The position numbers were made by a program, and so were the translations under genes. Below the pieces are notes generated by a model. The model was given only the letters and a program-made list of their open reading frames with translations, had not been told where the DNA came from and did no database searches. Source: Lama guanicoe (taxonomy: Eukaryota). Taken from it: a stretch of DNA of 64,000 nucleotides. Numbering within the stretch: the stretch's first letter is position 1; each line of letters begins with the position of its first letter. This document shows positions 25,655-38,670 of the stretch, in pieces. The DNA lies in assembly GCA_013239625.1 (NCBI GenBank), contig MU054187.1:13052974-13116973 (forward strand). The letters run 5' to 3'.

Positions 25655-26115
25655 TATCTGTTAGCACCCTAGGGACTTAGTAGTTGCCAGTTAGGTGCAT
25701 CTCTAGCTCATAAGGGTTCCTCTTTCTCTGGGAACAGCCAGATATGCAAATATGAACTTCAAGTGTCTATCATCTCTGTGCCCTTAACCTTCCCCTTGGC
25801 CAGGTCATAACTAACTGATATGAGGGAAGATGCATGACCTGGGCTGGATCAATCAGAATCTTTCTCTGGAGCATTTGATCATTAAAATGAAGACATGGAA
25901 AAATGGCAGATCAGTGGAGCTGAGAAACCTTAACAGCAAAACTTTGGAGTGGTGGTCCCTGAATTGCACCAAGTGCCACCCTTCTGGACATTGGGTTGTT
26001 CAGCAAATCCTTTGATTTTATGAGCTATGATGGCATCTTTCCAATAAAACCCTTCTTCACTTCAGTTACCACACTAGGTGACTGCAAACATGCAAACCGA
26101 CAAAAAAATTAATAC
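25655..26115 (+). mobile_element. ERVL LTR16-like solo LTR
   Basis: catgacctgggctggatcaatcagaatctttctct, ttccaataaaacccttctt, ends ..aattaatac. Confidence 0.6.
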
Positions 26116-27399
26116 TGGGAAAGCGTTCTCCCTTTGCTACGGTTGGCCAGATGATTTCTCTTTCCACCAAAACTTGTGAGACTCCCTGAACGTGATCTGG
26201 TCAGCTGGGTTACACAGTTGCTTTCAAACAAGATTTTAAAGAATCAAGGGGAGATTGGGTGTCTGGTTTTAAATAATTTGTTTTCTACCATGGCTTTTAC
26301 TTTAACATCTGATACTTAGAGCAAGTCATTTCTCTATCCTTCTCTTTTCTCCGTCAGTCAACAGAAACAATGGTTTCCCTCTGATTGAACTCACAACCCA
26401 CTTACGAATTTCATAAGAAAAGTGAAACCAACTCTGAATTTACTAGAAGAGCCTAAGGCTTCTGTTCCCTTCTCTAGAAGGTGAGGCGCTTCGAGTATGT
26501 AATCTCTAGGGCGCCTTCTTGGTTAACGTGCTAAATGACTCAGTCACGCTGATCAAAAGAACACAGATAAAATAAATATTAATAGGATATAGAAAAGGTC
26601 AATCACATAGGAAATGCAAAGACATTTCATTATTTTTCAAATGTCCTAAATATTCAAGGATGAAGGAGGAAAACGTCCGTGGAATGATACAAACTTAATA
26701 CTGCATGACTAAAAGATGTATGTAGAATTTTTAAAAAGTCATATCTCCTTAATACTTCATATGATGAAAAAAATGTTTGATTTGCCTTTAATTTCTGACT
26801 AGAGTTATTGCTGTAGTTGCTCCAAAGGTTGTGACATATTAAACAGCAGTGCCAATGAACTTTATTCAAAAGGGAAAATGGGAGGAAAACCTCACTCTTA
26901 AGACATTTGCTCATTTTCCCACATCTTTTAAAAGTTTACTACTCTTACTTAACTCATCTTGAGACATTAGTAGTTCTCAAACAATGTGTGGTTCAGAATG
27001 TTATATGTGGTGGTCCTGGTTAAGCCCCAGAGGCCAGCAATCCCTCTAGTAAAACTGGTATTTCATGAGACTCACAGGACTCAGTGAGCACAGAATCCGA
27101 ATTCCCTCTGACTCTAGGGAAAGGGTCAGAATTCAGATCATTTAGATAATGTGAACACAAATAGAAAACAATTGTTACACAATTGGGTCTTAAAATTCAT
27201 TTCAGGGATGCCAGAGGCATGTAATCCTTATTTTCTGAATGTATGGGGAGTTTCATATTAAAACTTCTACACAAAGCAAATTATAACATAAGCCGGTTGA
27301 TCTATATTGACATATTCTCACCTAATTTTAACATAATGATTACATATGTGTGTATAAGGATTGTATACGTATCAGAGTTTGTGTTTATATATACCATAA

Positions 27400-27542
27400 T
27401 AAACTATATTCGATTTCTTGTAATGAACTGTAATAGAAAAGAAACTGAAAAAAAAAATATATATGTATGTATATGTATAATTGAACCTCTGCTGTACACC
27501 TGAAACTAACATTGTAAGTTGACCACACTTCAATAAAAAATA
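27400..27542 (+). mobile_element. Short cetartiodactyl-type L1 3'-end insertion
   Basis: tgctgtacacctgaaactaacattgtaagttgaccacacttcaataaaaaa. Confidence 0.85.
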
Positions 27543-27565
27543 AGAACTTTAGAAAAGGCTGTGTT

Positions 27566-27567
<2 letters not shown>

Positions 27568-27596
<29 letters not shown>
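27568..27596. repeat. (TG)n microsatellite
   Basis: Seen directly. Confidence 0.95.
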
Positions 27597-27599
<3 letters not shown>

Positions 27600-28669
27600 C
27601 ACACATATATAAATTAAAACTAGCAAAAAATAACCATTTTCTCATAAACAAAACACAAAAAGTATTCTCTATTACTCAGTTTCTGGATTACTTTTGTCCT
27701 AATTAAATTTTCAGCCCAGAGTAATATACGAAGAAATTATGAAATTGTTTCAAATTTTTTGATAATGGGTACATCCTCCCAAAGCACTGAGATTCCAACT
27801 TCCCAAAGTAGAAAAGGAATTTTCTTTTCTTTTGTTTCTCGCTTTGTTCTGGTCAGTCGGATGCTGGGGCAGGATGGGAGAGGAGGACGTTATCATACAA
27901 TGGAAATTAAGTCTCTGGAGTTGTGGCATACTTGTGGTTATCAAACATCTAAACTTTACTTTTGATTCCAAATCCTGCAAACCCCTTTTAGAGCCCACTA
28001 GTTCTCCATTATAAACTGGTCATTTAAACTGGCAAAAGCAAAATCACCCTTTGTATGCTTATGAGAAGGTTTGCAAGCCTCCTCCAAATGCACATGCCGT
28101 TCTGCAGAAGGATCCACTACCATTTCCTAGGAACCAGGAATCCTGTGTGCATTGGGAAAACTCATAGAAACAAAGATCATTTGGAGCTTAATATATGTCT
28201 CACATTCAACGATAAAAACACTTATCCTCTTTTGCAACCGCATTTCTCTCTTTTATGAAATTGTCTGTAAGCCTGTGCTTGTCTAATGTTTACAGCTTGG
28301 TTTCTTTTTTCACTTTAAAACAAGGCATTCAGCCAACTTTAAACACTGCCTCCTTCTAGCCAATTGTCCTTTTCTCTCTGTCAACAGTTTTGTTAAAGGA
28401 AAAACACATGACCAAATGCGATGTTTCAAATACCTTTAAAGAGAAACTGTAAGGCTCACTCAAGTCAAGGAGATGATAAATTTCTACTGAGATGGTGGTG
28501 ATGTTTAACAGATAATCACTGCTGGTTCTTTCCTGGAATAGTGTTCCAAAAATTCTTAATTTCCTCCCTGTAGTTTTGGTTGCTGATTTAACCCTTACGC
28601 AGTCTTGAATTAAAAATAGGTCAAGGTCATGACCGTTTAATCATTAATTATTATAGAAAAGTCATTAAA

Positions 28670-28905
28670 CATTCAAAAAACAGCCATTCTTATTACACCG
28701 GCCACTATCTAAATCTTCTACAATGCATAATCCCATTTAATCTTCACAACAATCTACCTAGGGTAATACTACTATTTTTCTTTTACGATGAAGAAATTGA
28801 GGCTCAGAGAAGCTAAGTATCGTACGTAAGGTAACTGTCAGCCATTAAGTAGCATCATGGCCAAAGTACAACTCAGGCTGCTTAATCCATGTCCTTTAAC
28901 CAGTA
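28670..28905 (-). mobile_element. MIR SINE
   Basis: catttaatcttcacaacaatc..ttttacgatgaagaaattgaggctcagagaagctaagt. Confidence 0.8.
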
Positions 28906-29324
28906 CACGGTGCATGTATTGGGTACACAGATAATGAGCACATGTATTTTAGATATAGCTTTGGAAATATGGATATATGTACATGTTTATGTGTACATAT
29001 ATGTATGTATGTATGTACATATGCATGCATGCATCTGTGTATCCATGCTTATATTTTTATATTTATTTATATTGCCAGCTTACTATCTAGACAGAAAAAG
29101 AGCAAAACACCATATAATAGAGGGGGAGAATATGTAATTGTTAAATTAATAGTATAAACAAATGGTTTTCAAATATTTTTCCAGTAAGACATATATGTAA
29201 AAAAACACTCTCAACTAAAATTCTACGGCTTAGATAAAAATTAGCCCAAGTAATGTCCAATTCCAGCTTGATGGCTCAAATAAAGGCAGGCAAATATGAA
29301 TGATGGTTTTATAACGTGGATTGA

Positions 29325-29720
29325 TTAGTTCACTTATTTATTCAATAAGCATTTATTGAGCAAGAGAAATAATGATGAAGAAAAAGAACGTTAAGGCCCC
29401 TGCCTTCACAGCGTTAGCCGTCTGGTGGGAAAAACAGACATTAATCAAATAATCCCATATGTAAAATTCCAGCCAAAGGCCAGTGCCATAAAGGGAGCCA
29501 GATGGGGACAAAAGTAGAGGCGCTCGTCGGGAATGTGGGTAAAGCTTCCCTTGAAGTAGCAATACCTGCGTATCGATCTGAAAGATGAGGAGGCAAAGAG
29601 GAGCGGGAGTGGTGCTTCGCATGAGAGGACAGGCTGTTCAGACTCTGGTGGAAGGGAACAAAGCAAGAGAGAGGCACAGGAGGTCCGTGCGGCTGCGAGG
29701 TTCAGGGCCATGTGGGACAC
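29325..29720 (-). mobile_element. L2 LINE 3' end
   Basis: ttatttattcaataagcatttattgagc..cccctgccttcacagcgttag. Confidence 0.75.
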
Positions 29721-30789
29721 TGTGGGGCAGAGAGCACAGTACTAGAGAAGGCAAGAGACAAATGGAAGTAGCTTCTGACCTGCAGCAATCCACACATATC
29801 AATACAAGACCCTGGAAAGGGCGACACATTACATGCAAACATCATATATTGGATCCTACTACAACATGCAAGTTGAGAACTGTTAGTATATATAATGATT
29901 TCACCAGAATCAGAGAAAGGGCATGCACTCAGTAGGAGGGGGCATTGTCATGAAGAGAATGGGACTTCAATGGCCTTAAAAGAATGGGTATCCACTAGAC
30001 AGATGGAGAAGAGGAGAGAAGTGGGGAACCAAAACTGGAGCAAGACCTAGGAGTGGTCATTTGCTGAACGGAATCAATGCCTTTACTCGGAATGGACTGG
30101 TGCTTTTGCAACCTGGCAAATGCCTGTTTGAGGGCTGTTGAAACTCCAGTCTGCATCTCCTTTGTTCATACTTGGTCTTTGGGACAACTTGTTCCAGCTC
30201 ATCATATTTAGTTCTGGACAAAATTCTGGCTGCTGGCTACATCTACCAAACAGGTCCAATGGTCTTTGTGCATGTGTGTGTTGGGGCAAGGGATTTAGGA
30301 AGAGAAGAGCTCAGATTCAAATGGAACTTCCCTAGTGCCTCTCAGGAGGGAACCCCTTTCCAGATGAATGCACTACACGGAAGGGCCCCAGGGGTGAGGT
30401 TGAATGGAACATACAAACAAGGGCAATAATAGAGGACAAGCTATCTCAAGCCACTCTGCCAGCAACGGTGCCATAAAGACACCCAGCCATCCCACAGTGC
30501 CATATTATTTATAGTACGACAGAATAAAGCTTCCACCTAGAGAAGCCCACTATCAAGATCACAGCTATCATACACATTCACTCTCAAGTTTACAAATTGT
30601 CTTCAATAACATTCACAATCAACCTGAAGAAACTATTACGTAATGATACATAAAATTGTGAAAATGATCGTGTACATAAAACACTTTACTCCAGAATGCA
30701 GAGAATAATTTTTATGGTCAAACAGTATTTTTTATTTCTTTCTTCTACATCAAAATTTATAAATACCATTTGTAATTAAAAAGAAAAAG

Positions 30790-31150
30790 AAAATCTACAT
30801 GGTTGGCAACAGGGGACTGGCTAAATAAATTATAGTCCACTTGTACAATGGAATACTCTGTACCAGCTGCAAAGAATGAAATAGATGTTTATGTGTTGAT
30901 GTGGAACTAACAACATAGACCATTTAGTTTAAAAAATCAAGATACATAATAGTGTGTGCAGTCTGGGTCATACATGGCTAGGTATATCTATATTTATGGA
31001 AGTGTTCTGAAAAGAACAAGAAATAGCTGAATGGTTATATCTGGGGAGTGGGACTGGAGGTTTAGAGCAAAAGGGAGATTCGGTTTTCATTGATCTCTTG
31101 TCCTGTTTAAATATTTTTTAACTATGTGCGTAAGTTTTTTTAATAATAAT
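30790..31150 (+). mobile_element. Ancient L1 (L1MC/ME) 3' UTR
   Basis: caacaggggactggctaaataaattatag..tacaatggaatact..gtggttatatctggggagtggg. Confidence 0.7.
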
Positions 31151-32174
31151 AAAAATAAGCTAAGCTAGGTTTCAAATGTTAACTATTTGTTATAAAGACA
31201 CAGGCAAAAATAATAATGTAAAACCAGAAAGAACTAGGTAGTAACTTGAATGAAACTTCCTTGATTATATTATTGTCTCCTGCTCTCATTTGTCCCAAAG
31301 TCTAACTCTATAAGACTCAAAATAAGCACAACAGTATAATTATTGGCAGCCAAAGACAAATGCTTTGGTTCGTCCTCCAATTTCTTTTCATGGCTGTCAA
31401 ATTCCTCCTTTCCAGTTTGCATAGCTGGGCAAATGGTTAGAGATTGGAGATTTTTTTTATAAACAAAAATCCTTGCTGGCTATAATTTTCATTTGTTTTT
31501 TTTATTACTCAGTCTATCCTGAAATAGAACCTCAAATTATTACCCATTTTGTTGTTGATATAACTAAAAGTAAATTTCAAACTAATAAACAAATTCTTGA
31601 AGACTTTTTTAGTCTTCACTAGATATACCCTCAAGTCACAGAATATTTTGAAATTTGGTTTCCCAATTTAAAATAGTCATTCAATAGAATGACTGCATCA
31701 AATTATCTTAGTCTTTCTAAGTCATGATTCACCTGAAACTCTCATACAAAACTTCATGGTGAGCAAATTGGTATGGGCTCAGCTGATCTTACAAACAACT
31801 ACAAATAAAAAAACAATCTGAGTTTCTGGTCCTCTCTGCCTACCCCAACCTCCAAATCCCTCAAATCCACTTGAACCATGTGATATTCTCCAAGTCTTAC
31901 GAATTACAACATTCTTTTCATCATCTGTTGGTCTCAAAGAGTATAGAGCTTATACAGAAAATTTACAAAATTCAATTCTTCTGGGACAGACATGACAAAT
32001 ATCCAAAAGTACTTTTACCTTTAAATCACTGCAATCTTCCTATAGCCTAGCTAAATTCTAATTAAGAGATAACTACACCCAAATCTCTAGCTACATTAAT
32101 TTATCAAAGATTAGCAACATAGGTGTATTTATTTCTCAAAGTTGTTTGAACTGTACACTAAAGACTTGCACATT

Positions 32175-33885
32175 ATCTGAAAGTGAAATTAAGAAAACAA
32201 TTCCATTTACCTTAGCATCAAGAAAGAATAAATACCTAGAAATAAATTTAACCAAGAAAGGGCAAAACTTGTATATTGAAGACTACAAAACACTGTATGA
32301 GAAATTAAAGAAGAGATAAATAATACGAAGACATTCCACGTTCCTGGATTGGAAGACTTTCTATTGTTAAGATGGTAGCAATCCCTAAACTGATCTTCAG
32401 ATTCAGTGCAATCCCTATCAAAATTCTAAGTGCCTTTTTTATAGAAATGGACAAGCTGATCCTAAAATAATATGAAAATGCAAAGGACTCAAAACAGCTA
32501 AAACAATCTTGAAAGAGAAGAAAAAAGTTGGAGGACATACACCTCCTGATCTCAAAACCTTCTACAAAGCTACAGTAATTGAAACAATGTGGTACTGGCA
32601 AAAGATAGACATACAGATCAATGTAATAGAATTGAGAGTTCAGAAATAAGCCCACACATCTACGGTCAACTGATTTCCAACAAGAGTGCCAAAACCATTC
32701 AATGAGGAAAAAGCAATCTTTTCAAACAAACAGGGCTGAAATGATTGGATACCCACATGAAAAAATTTAAAAAAAAAGAATTTAGAACCCTATCATACAT
32801 CACAACTGAAAATTAAAATCAAAGACCTAAATTTAAGAGCTAAAACTATAAACCTCTTAGAAAAAAAGCATTACAGTAAATCTCTGTAACCTTGAGTTAG
32901 CCAAAGATTTCTTAGATGCAATATCAAAAGCATAAAAATTTTGTGCTTTAAAGTGCATCATCAAGAAAGTGAAAAGACAACCTATGGAAGAGAAGAAAAC
33001 TTTTGCAAATCATCTGTCTGCTAAGGGACATGTATCTAGACTATGTAAAGAACTGTCACGATTCAACAATGAAAAGACAATAATCCAATTCAAAAAGGGC
33101 CAAGAATCTGAGTAGACATTCTCCAAAGAAATGTACAAATGGTCAATAATCACATGAAAGGATGTTTAACATCATTGGTCACTAGGGAAACGTAAATCAA
33201 AACTAGAATGAGATACCACTTCCTTTGTACTAGGATGGCTGTAATTTTTTTTTTTTAAGAAAGGAGGAAAGGAACAAGTGCTGATGAGGATGCAGAAAAA
33301 CTGGAACCTCTTATATTGTGGACGGGAATCCAAATTAATGCAGCCTCTGCGGAAAATAGTTTGGCTTTTCCTCAAAAAGTTAACATTTCCATATGACCTA
33401 GCACTTCCCACTCCTAGGTACTAACAAGACAAATGAAAACATATGTTCACACAAAAACTGGTAAAAGAATGTTCATAGCAGCATTATTGATATGAGCCAA
33501 AAAGCAGAAACACCCCCAATGTCCGTCAACTGATGAATAACTGTGTAAAAGGTGATATATGCATACAATGGAGTCTTTTTGGCCATAAAAAGGAGGGAAG
33601 TACTCATACAAGGTACAGCATGGATGAACCTTGACAATGTCTTGCTCAGTGAAAGAAGCCAGACAGAGAACGTCACATATTTGAGTGACTCTGTTCCTTT
33701 GAAATGTCCAGAACAGACAAATCCATAGACATAGAAAGTAGATTAGTGGTTACCAGGGGCTGAATTGGGTGTGACCGCTAATGGTCATGGAGTTCCTTTT
33801 TAGGGTGATGGTAATCTTTCAAAACCAGATAGTGGTGAATATGACACTAAACTGTACACTTTAGTATAGTTAAAATGGTGGGAAA
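32175..33885 (+). mobile_element. 5'-truncated L1MB-type LINE (decayed ORF2 C-terminal region plus 3' UTR)
   Basis: ORF2-like text (attccacgttcctggattggaagact, aaagctacagtaattgaaacaatgtggtactggc, caactgatttccaacaagagtgccaa) interrupted by stops and frameshifts; L1MB 3' UTR; probable 15-bp TSD at 32160-32174 and 33886-33900. Confidence 0.92.
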
Positions 33886-34699
33886 AAAGACTTGTGTATT
33901 TCACGCTGTAAATGATAACTCAGTAAAGCTAATGTGGGGGAATAAAGGTCAGGAATAAAGGCTATTAAGGTGAAGAAAGAGAAGAAAAAGTTCAGCATTC
34001 AACTTTATAAACAGAGGCGCCCACAGACATCATTTGGTTTAAATGTACCCGTCAAATCTATCACTGATACCATATAGAAGTGGCACAATTCGTGACCATC
34101 CGATAGAGCCGTCTATATAAACAAAGAGATGAGAAACAGGAAGGGAGTAGTATGTTCATACTTTCTATAATAGTCACTTTATGAAATGCTGCCCTTGGAG
34201 AACCCATGGCTACCCTGAAAATGATGGATGGAGGTGAATGAATAGGGCTTCATAAAAATTAAGGTCTTACTTTAAAGACCTCAACCGACAAACAGCCACT
34301 CAGCCAGAGAAGGAGCCAGCAGACATGCTGCCTTCCCTGTGGACACCAGCCATACAGACAGGTGTGCTCTGAAGATCCTTCTCCAGCTCCTGGGCTCTGA
34401 CCCAGAGGCAACAGCCCCCAAACCCCGAGCAGGCTCACGGCGGGGCAAGAGGAGGCCTGCAAGACCTTCCACCGAAAGTCTAATCTGTCACCGAGTCCTG
34501 GGCAGAGAAAAGACAACAATCTCACAACGAGGCACTTTATCATCAGATGGATCAAAAATCTGTGAACGGGTGGGTTGCTATTTTCATCCACCCATTCAAC
34601 AAATGTTTACTGACCCTGCCACGCACCGGGTACTGTGGGGATACGAGGGAACAGTTATCTTTGTGTAACATTCTTTTGTGGGTATCAAGAAAAATGCAA

Positions 34700-35294
34700 A
34701 ATGACAGGCTTCTCCGCTTACAACCTTGTCATGACTCCTCATTTTTCTGAGAACAAGAGCCAAAGTCCTTACAGTGGCCTCTGAGGCTCCATCTGACCTG
34801 AGCCCACTCCCCACCCATGCCACCCCGTTGACCTCTCTGGCCTCACCAACTTTGCTAGCTCTCTCCCCGCCACGATGGTCAGTGGCCTGTTTCTAATCCT
34901 CCCACACACCAAGCACGCCTCCTCCTTTAGACCTTTTCACTAGGAGTTCCATGCCTTAAAAGGTTTCCCCTGATTTCCTCATGATTCCCACTCTTTACTT
35001 CCTTCAAAATTTTGCTTACATTACACCTTTTCAATGAGGCCTACCTACTCTGTCTTATTTAAAATTACAACGCACTTGCGCCACTATTTCCTATTCCTCT
35101 TACTCTGATCTAATTTTCTTTCTCTTTCTGGGTTCCATTGAAACACACTGTATAAGTTCCTTATTTATCATGTTTATAGTACTGCCCTACCCGCTACCGT
35201 AGGCTCCATGGAGGCAGAGATTTATCTGCACCTGGACTGCTCACTGCTGTCTCTCCAGCACCTACGACAGCACATGCTCCATAAATATTTATTG
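34700..35294 (+). mobile_element. L2 LINE 3' portion
   Basis: aaagtccttacagtggcct, cacaccaagcacgcctcctcc, aggctccatggaggcagaga..ctcactgctgtctctccagcacct..ataaatatttattg. Confidence 0.85.
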
Positions 35295-35665
35295 ATTTGT
35301 TTTTTAATTGAAGTAGAGTCAAGTTTACAATGTGTCAATTTCTGGTGTACAGCATAATGTTTCGGTCATACATATACATACATATATTCATTTTCATATT
35401 CTTTTTCATTATAAGTTACAAGATATTGAATATAGTTCTCTGTGCTGCACAGTAGGACCTCGCTGCTTATCTACTTTATACATAGTAGTTAGTATTTGCA
35501 AATCTTGAACTCCTAATTTATCACTCTTTACCTGCCCCCGCCCCCGCCGGTAACCATAGTTTGTTTTTTATGTCTTTGTGTTTATTTCTAGTTTGTAAAT
35601 AAGTTCACTTATGTCATTTTTTTAGATTCCACATATAAGTGATGTATGGTATTTTTCTCTGTCTA
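35295..35665 (-). mobile_element. Young camelid-type L1 3' end (~370 bp) with perfect 16-bp TSD, inserted in the L2 tail
   Basis: ccataaatatttattg at 35279-35294 and 35666-35681; body tttaattgaagtagagtc..tttagattccacatataagtgat. Confidence 0.93.
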
Positions 35666-37634
35666 CCATAAATATTTATTGCATGTACAGAAGAAGTCAA
35701 CACCAATACCTTTAGAACACTTTCTTTACAAGAAATTCCCCTGGGACTGGCTCTTGCGGACACTATTTTTGAGCGTCTGAAATCTCAGCTGAAATCCCAT
35801 GGCACCAGTAACTAGACCCCGCCTCCGCAGCACCCTGTCACTCAGCAGTGGATACCATTTCCTGAGATACCTGAACACCACTCAACTGTGCCTCCCATCC
35901 CTGCGCCCCCCATTAATACCTGTCAGTGAGCTATGTGGGCGGACAAAAATGATTTCTACATAAAGTGTTTATTATGTAATGCTCTATGTTTTCCACAAAC
36001 AGTCCTAGAGAGACTGGAAACAATGAACTGGAAGAGAGGTGTTTTTACTCTTGTTTTCCTAAGTCTTCTCTGATTCTTTATAATCCCTGGCATTTCAAGC
36101 AGTACACGCAGTCACTTAAAATGTTCATTTCCTCCTCTTGTTCTTATTTCTTTCACTCTCAAAAGAAAACAAAGAAGAAAAAGAAAAAATAAATCCCTGG
36201 TGCTTTACTGCTAAGTCAAGTTTATCCATAACGCATTGTTAAAGTTCCCTTGATTTTGTTTGTAATTCTTGTCAAATCTCGTACATTCACAGGCCAGGAA
36301 AACCTCAGGCCATTTAGTCATGACAGTTTTAATCAACAGAAAAGACTTCATTAAAATGCTCATTTAAAAATGTGTGGAAAATGTAAATGGGGATTATCTG
36401 TATATGACATGAGATAATCCAGATACAAAATGGGGCTAAATAAGGCACTTTTGTTTGCCTTCGTACAACAGAACAAAAGCAGTAACTTGGCCGAAAGCAG
36501 GTGATGTTTTCTGTTCTTGTCACCAGTTAGGTCGCTTGTACATACGCATTGTCCTGAACCATTCCAACTAAATCCCATTGATTTGTCTGTAAAATGGAGA
36601 GATTAAGATTAGCCTCTGAGCAATTTATTTACTTTCTAGAGTGAAAAAAATGCAGGCAACTTCAACCAAAAAGTAAAAATCCCATAAATGCCTTTGTTGT
36701 GTTCAAGCCTGAGCTTAATTTCCCAGTCCCGTGGAGTCCGAAATAATGGATGTCAATGGACTTAGCACTAAGGAATTGAAACATGACACCTAGTTTACCA
36801 AAAAGAAAGAAAGAAAGAAAATCAGTAGAAAGGACAGTTCAAGCTTCAATTTCAAATAGCTCTTCAAGCAAAACATCAATCTGTTTAGCGTATTCTAAAA
36901 CAAACATCGGTTATTGACATCTACCCAATACAAATTCAAAGACTTTGCCTCTATGTGTATATTAACTATAAAAAGTCTGATGAAATGTCCTTGAGTAAAA
37001 AGGGCTTTTCTCAATGGGCAAGAAAATTAGAATTGTTTTTTCTGATGAATAAACTTTCAAGAGCAAATGAGATAGCAAATGTACAAAGTATATATCTGCA
37101 TTTGAATGAACAGTAATTTTTGTTAAGAAAAAGAGGAAGCATGAGCTAGCCGAGGCTGTCATCAATTTTAAGACGGAAATCACTGAATGACCCAAGAAAC
37201 ATTTATTATACCATCTTCCATATTGTACTGGAAATAATGATAAACATCTAAGCTGTGGTATGGACCAGAAGAACCTATTCCTTGATTTTTTTTTTTTTAG
37301 AATCAATTCACTAATCTTTCAAAAAATATTTTCTGAGTGCCTACTATGTGCTGGGACTGTGCAAGACGCTAGGTATTGTAAGGAGTAAAAATGATACTGT
37401 CTTTGCCTTGTGGTGTCTACACTTGGTCTACATGTAACTGAACCAATTCCCTTTACCTGATGAGCTTAATATACAACCGTAAAGCTGGCTGATCCACAAG
37501 AGTCCTCTGTTAAATTCCCTCACCCACTTTTCCTGTAATCCAGCTGGGCAGTCCTGCGAGTGGCCTGGAAATGATCAGCAGCATCAGCAGGTGCTACACA
37601 GGAAACTGAAGACAGAGATTTATCCTCCCACAGA

Positions 37635-37748
37635 GAAAAAGGAAGGAGGAGGAGGAATAGGAGAAAGAGGAGGAGAAGGAGGAGAAGGGTGGGGAGGAGG
37701 AGGAAGGGAAATGAGACGGGGAGGAAGCCAAGAGGGAGGTGAAGGGAC
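37635..37748. repeat. Polypurine (GGA/GAA-rich) low-complexity tract
   Basis: Seen directly. Confidence 0.85.
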
Positions 37749-37869
37749 AAGATATTTTAGTGGGTGGTTAAGTCTCAGGTCTACCTGAAAACTGGTTAAA
37801 CAAAACAAAGTTGGTTCCATTTCTACATTTTTTTCTGCTTAGAAAGAAAGTTAAGAGAGGACCGCATTT

Positions 37870-38360
37870 TCTTTACCAGGGCACAAGAAGTATCCATAAA
37901 AGAAAGTATTAGTAAATTAGACTTCATTAAAATTCAGAGCTCCTATTTGTCAAAAAAACACCACCAGTAGTACATGAAAAGGTACCTAACATAATTATTA
38001 ATTAGGAAAACACAAATTAAACCACAGTAATATATCTAGGAAGGTTAAAGTTGAAGGATTAATAATCTCAAGTGTTACTGAGGCTGTGGAGTAATGGAGA
38101 ACTCACACACTGCTGATGGGAACTGAAGCTGGTTTGTTCACCTACACTGGAAAACTGTTTGACAGTATCTTCTAAAGTTAGACATATGCCATGTACCTAG
38201 CCTATCACCCAGTAATTCCAATTCTAGGCATATTCTCAGGAAAAAATGAATGTTGTCACCTTGTGGATGAATATACTAGAAAAGGGGGTATAGTGGAGGT
38301 GCTGAAAATATTTTATCCCTTTTCAGTGGTAGTTATAGGGTTGTGAATAAAAACGAAAAT
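37870..38360 (+). mobile_element. Ancient L1M fragment
   Basis: aaattagacttcattaaaatt, actcacacactgctgatgggaa, cccagtaattccaattctaggcatat. Confidence 0.75.
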
Positions 38361-38369
38361 CCATAAGCC

Positions 38370-38670
38370 ATCTCATAACGTTCCTCTGCTCAAAAACCAT
38401 CAGCGGCTCCCATGTCACTCAGGGGAAAAGTCAAGTTCTTTACAGTGGCCCACAATATCCTACACCATTTGGCCCCCACTACTCTTCCCTTTTATTCTGA
38501 AATAATAAAGCAAGCCCTGAATACCCCTCTCCTGGGACTTATGCTCTGGTTGTTCCTTCTTCCTTCTTCTTCTGGTCTTCCCTCAAATAGCTACAAAGCT
38601 CACTCTCTCACCTCCTTCAAGACTTGATTCAAATGCTATTTTCTCACTCAAACCCTTCTCTTATCTGGTT
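38370..38670 (+). mobile_element. L2 LINE fragment
   Basis: ttcctctgctcaaaaacc..ggctcccatgtcactcagg..ctcactctctcacctccttcaag. Confidence 0.75.

Noticed and set aside
32305..33676. Minus-strand ORFs of 67-116 aa
   Set aside because: Antisense frames of the decayed L1MB.
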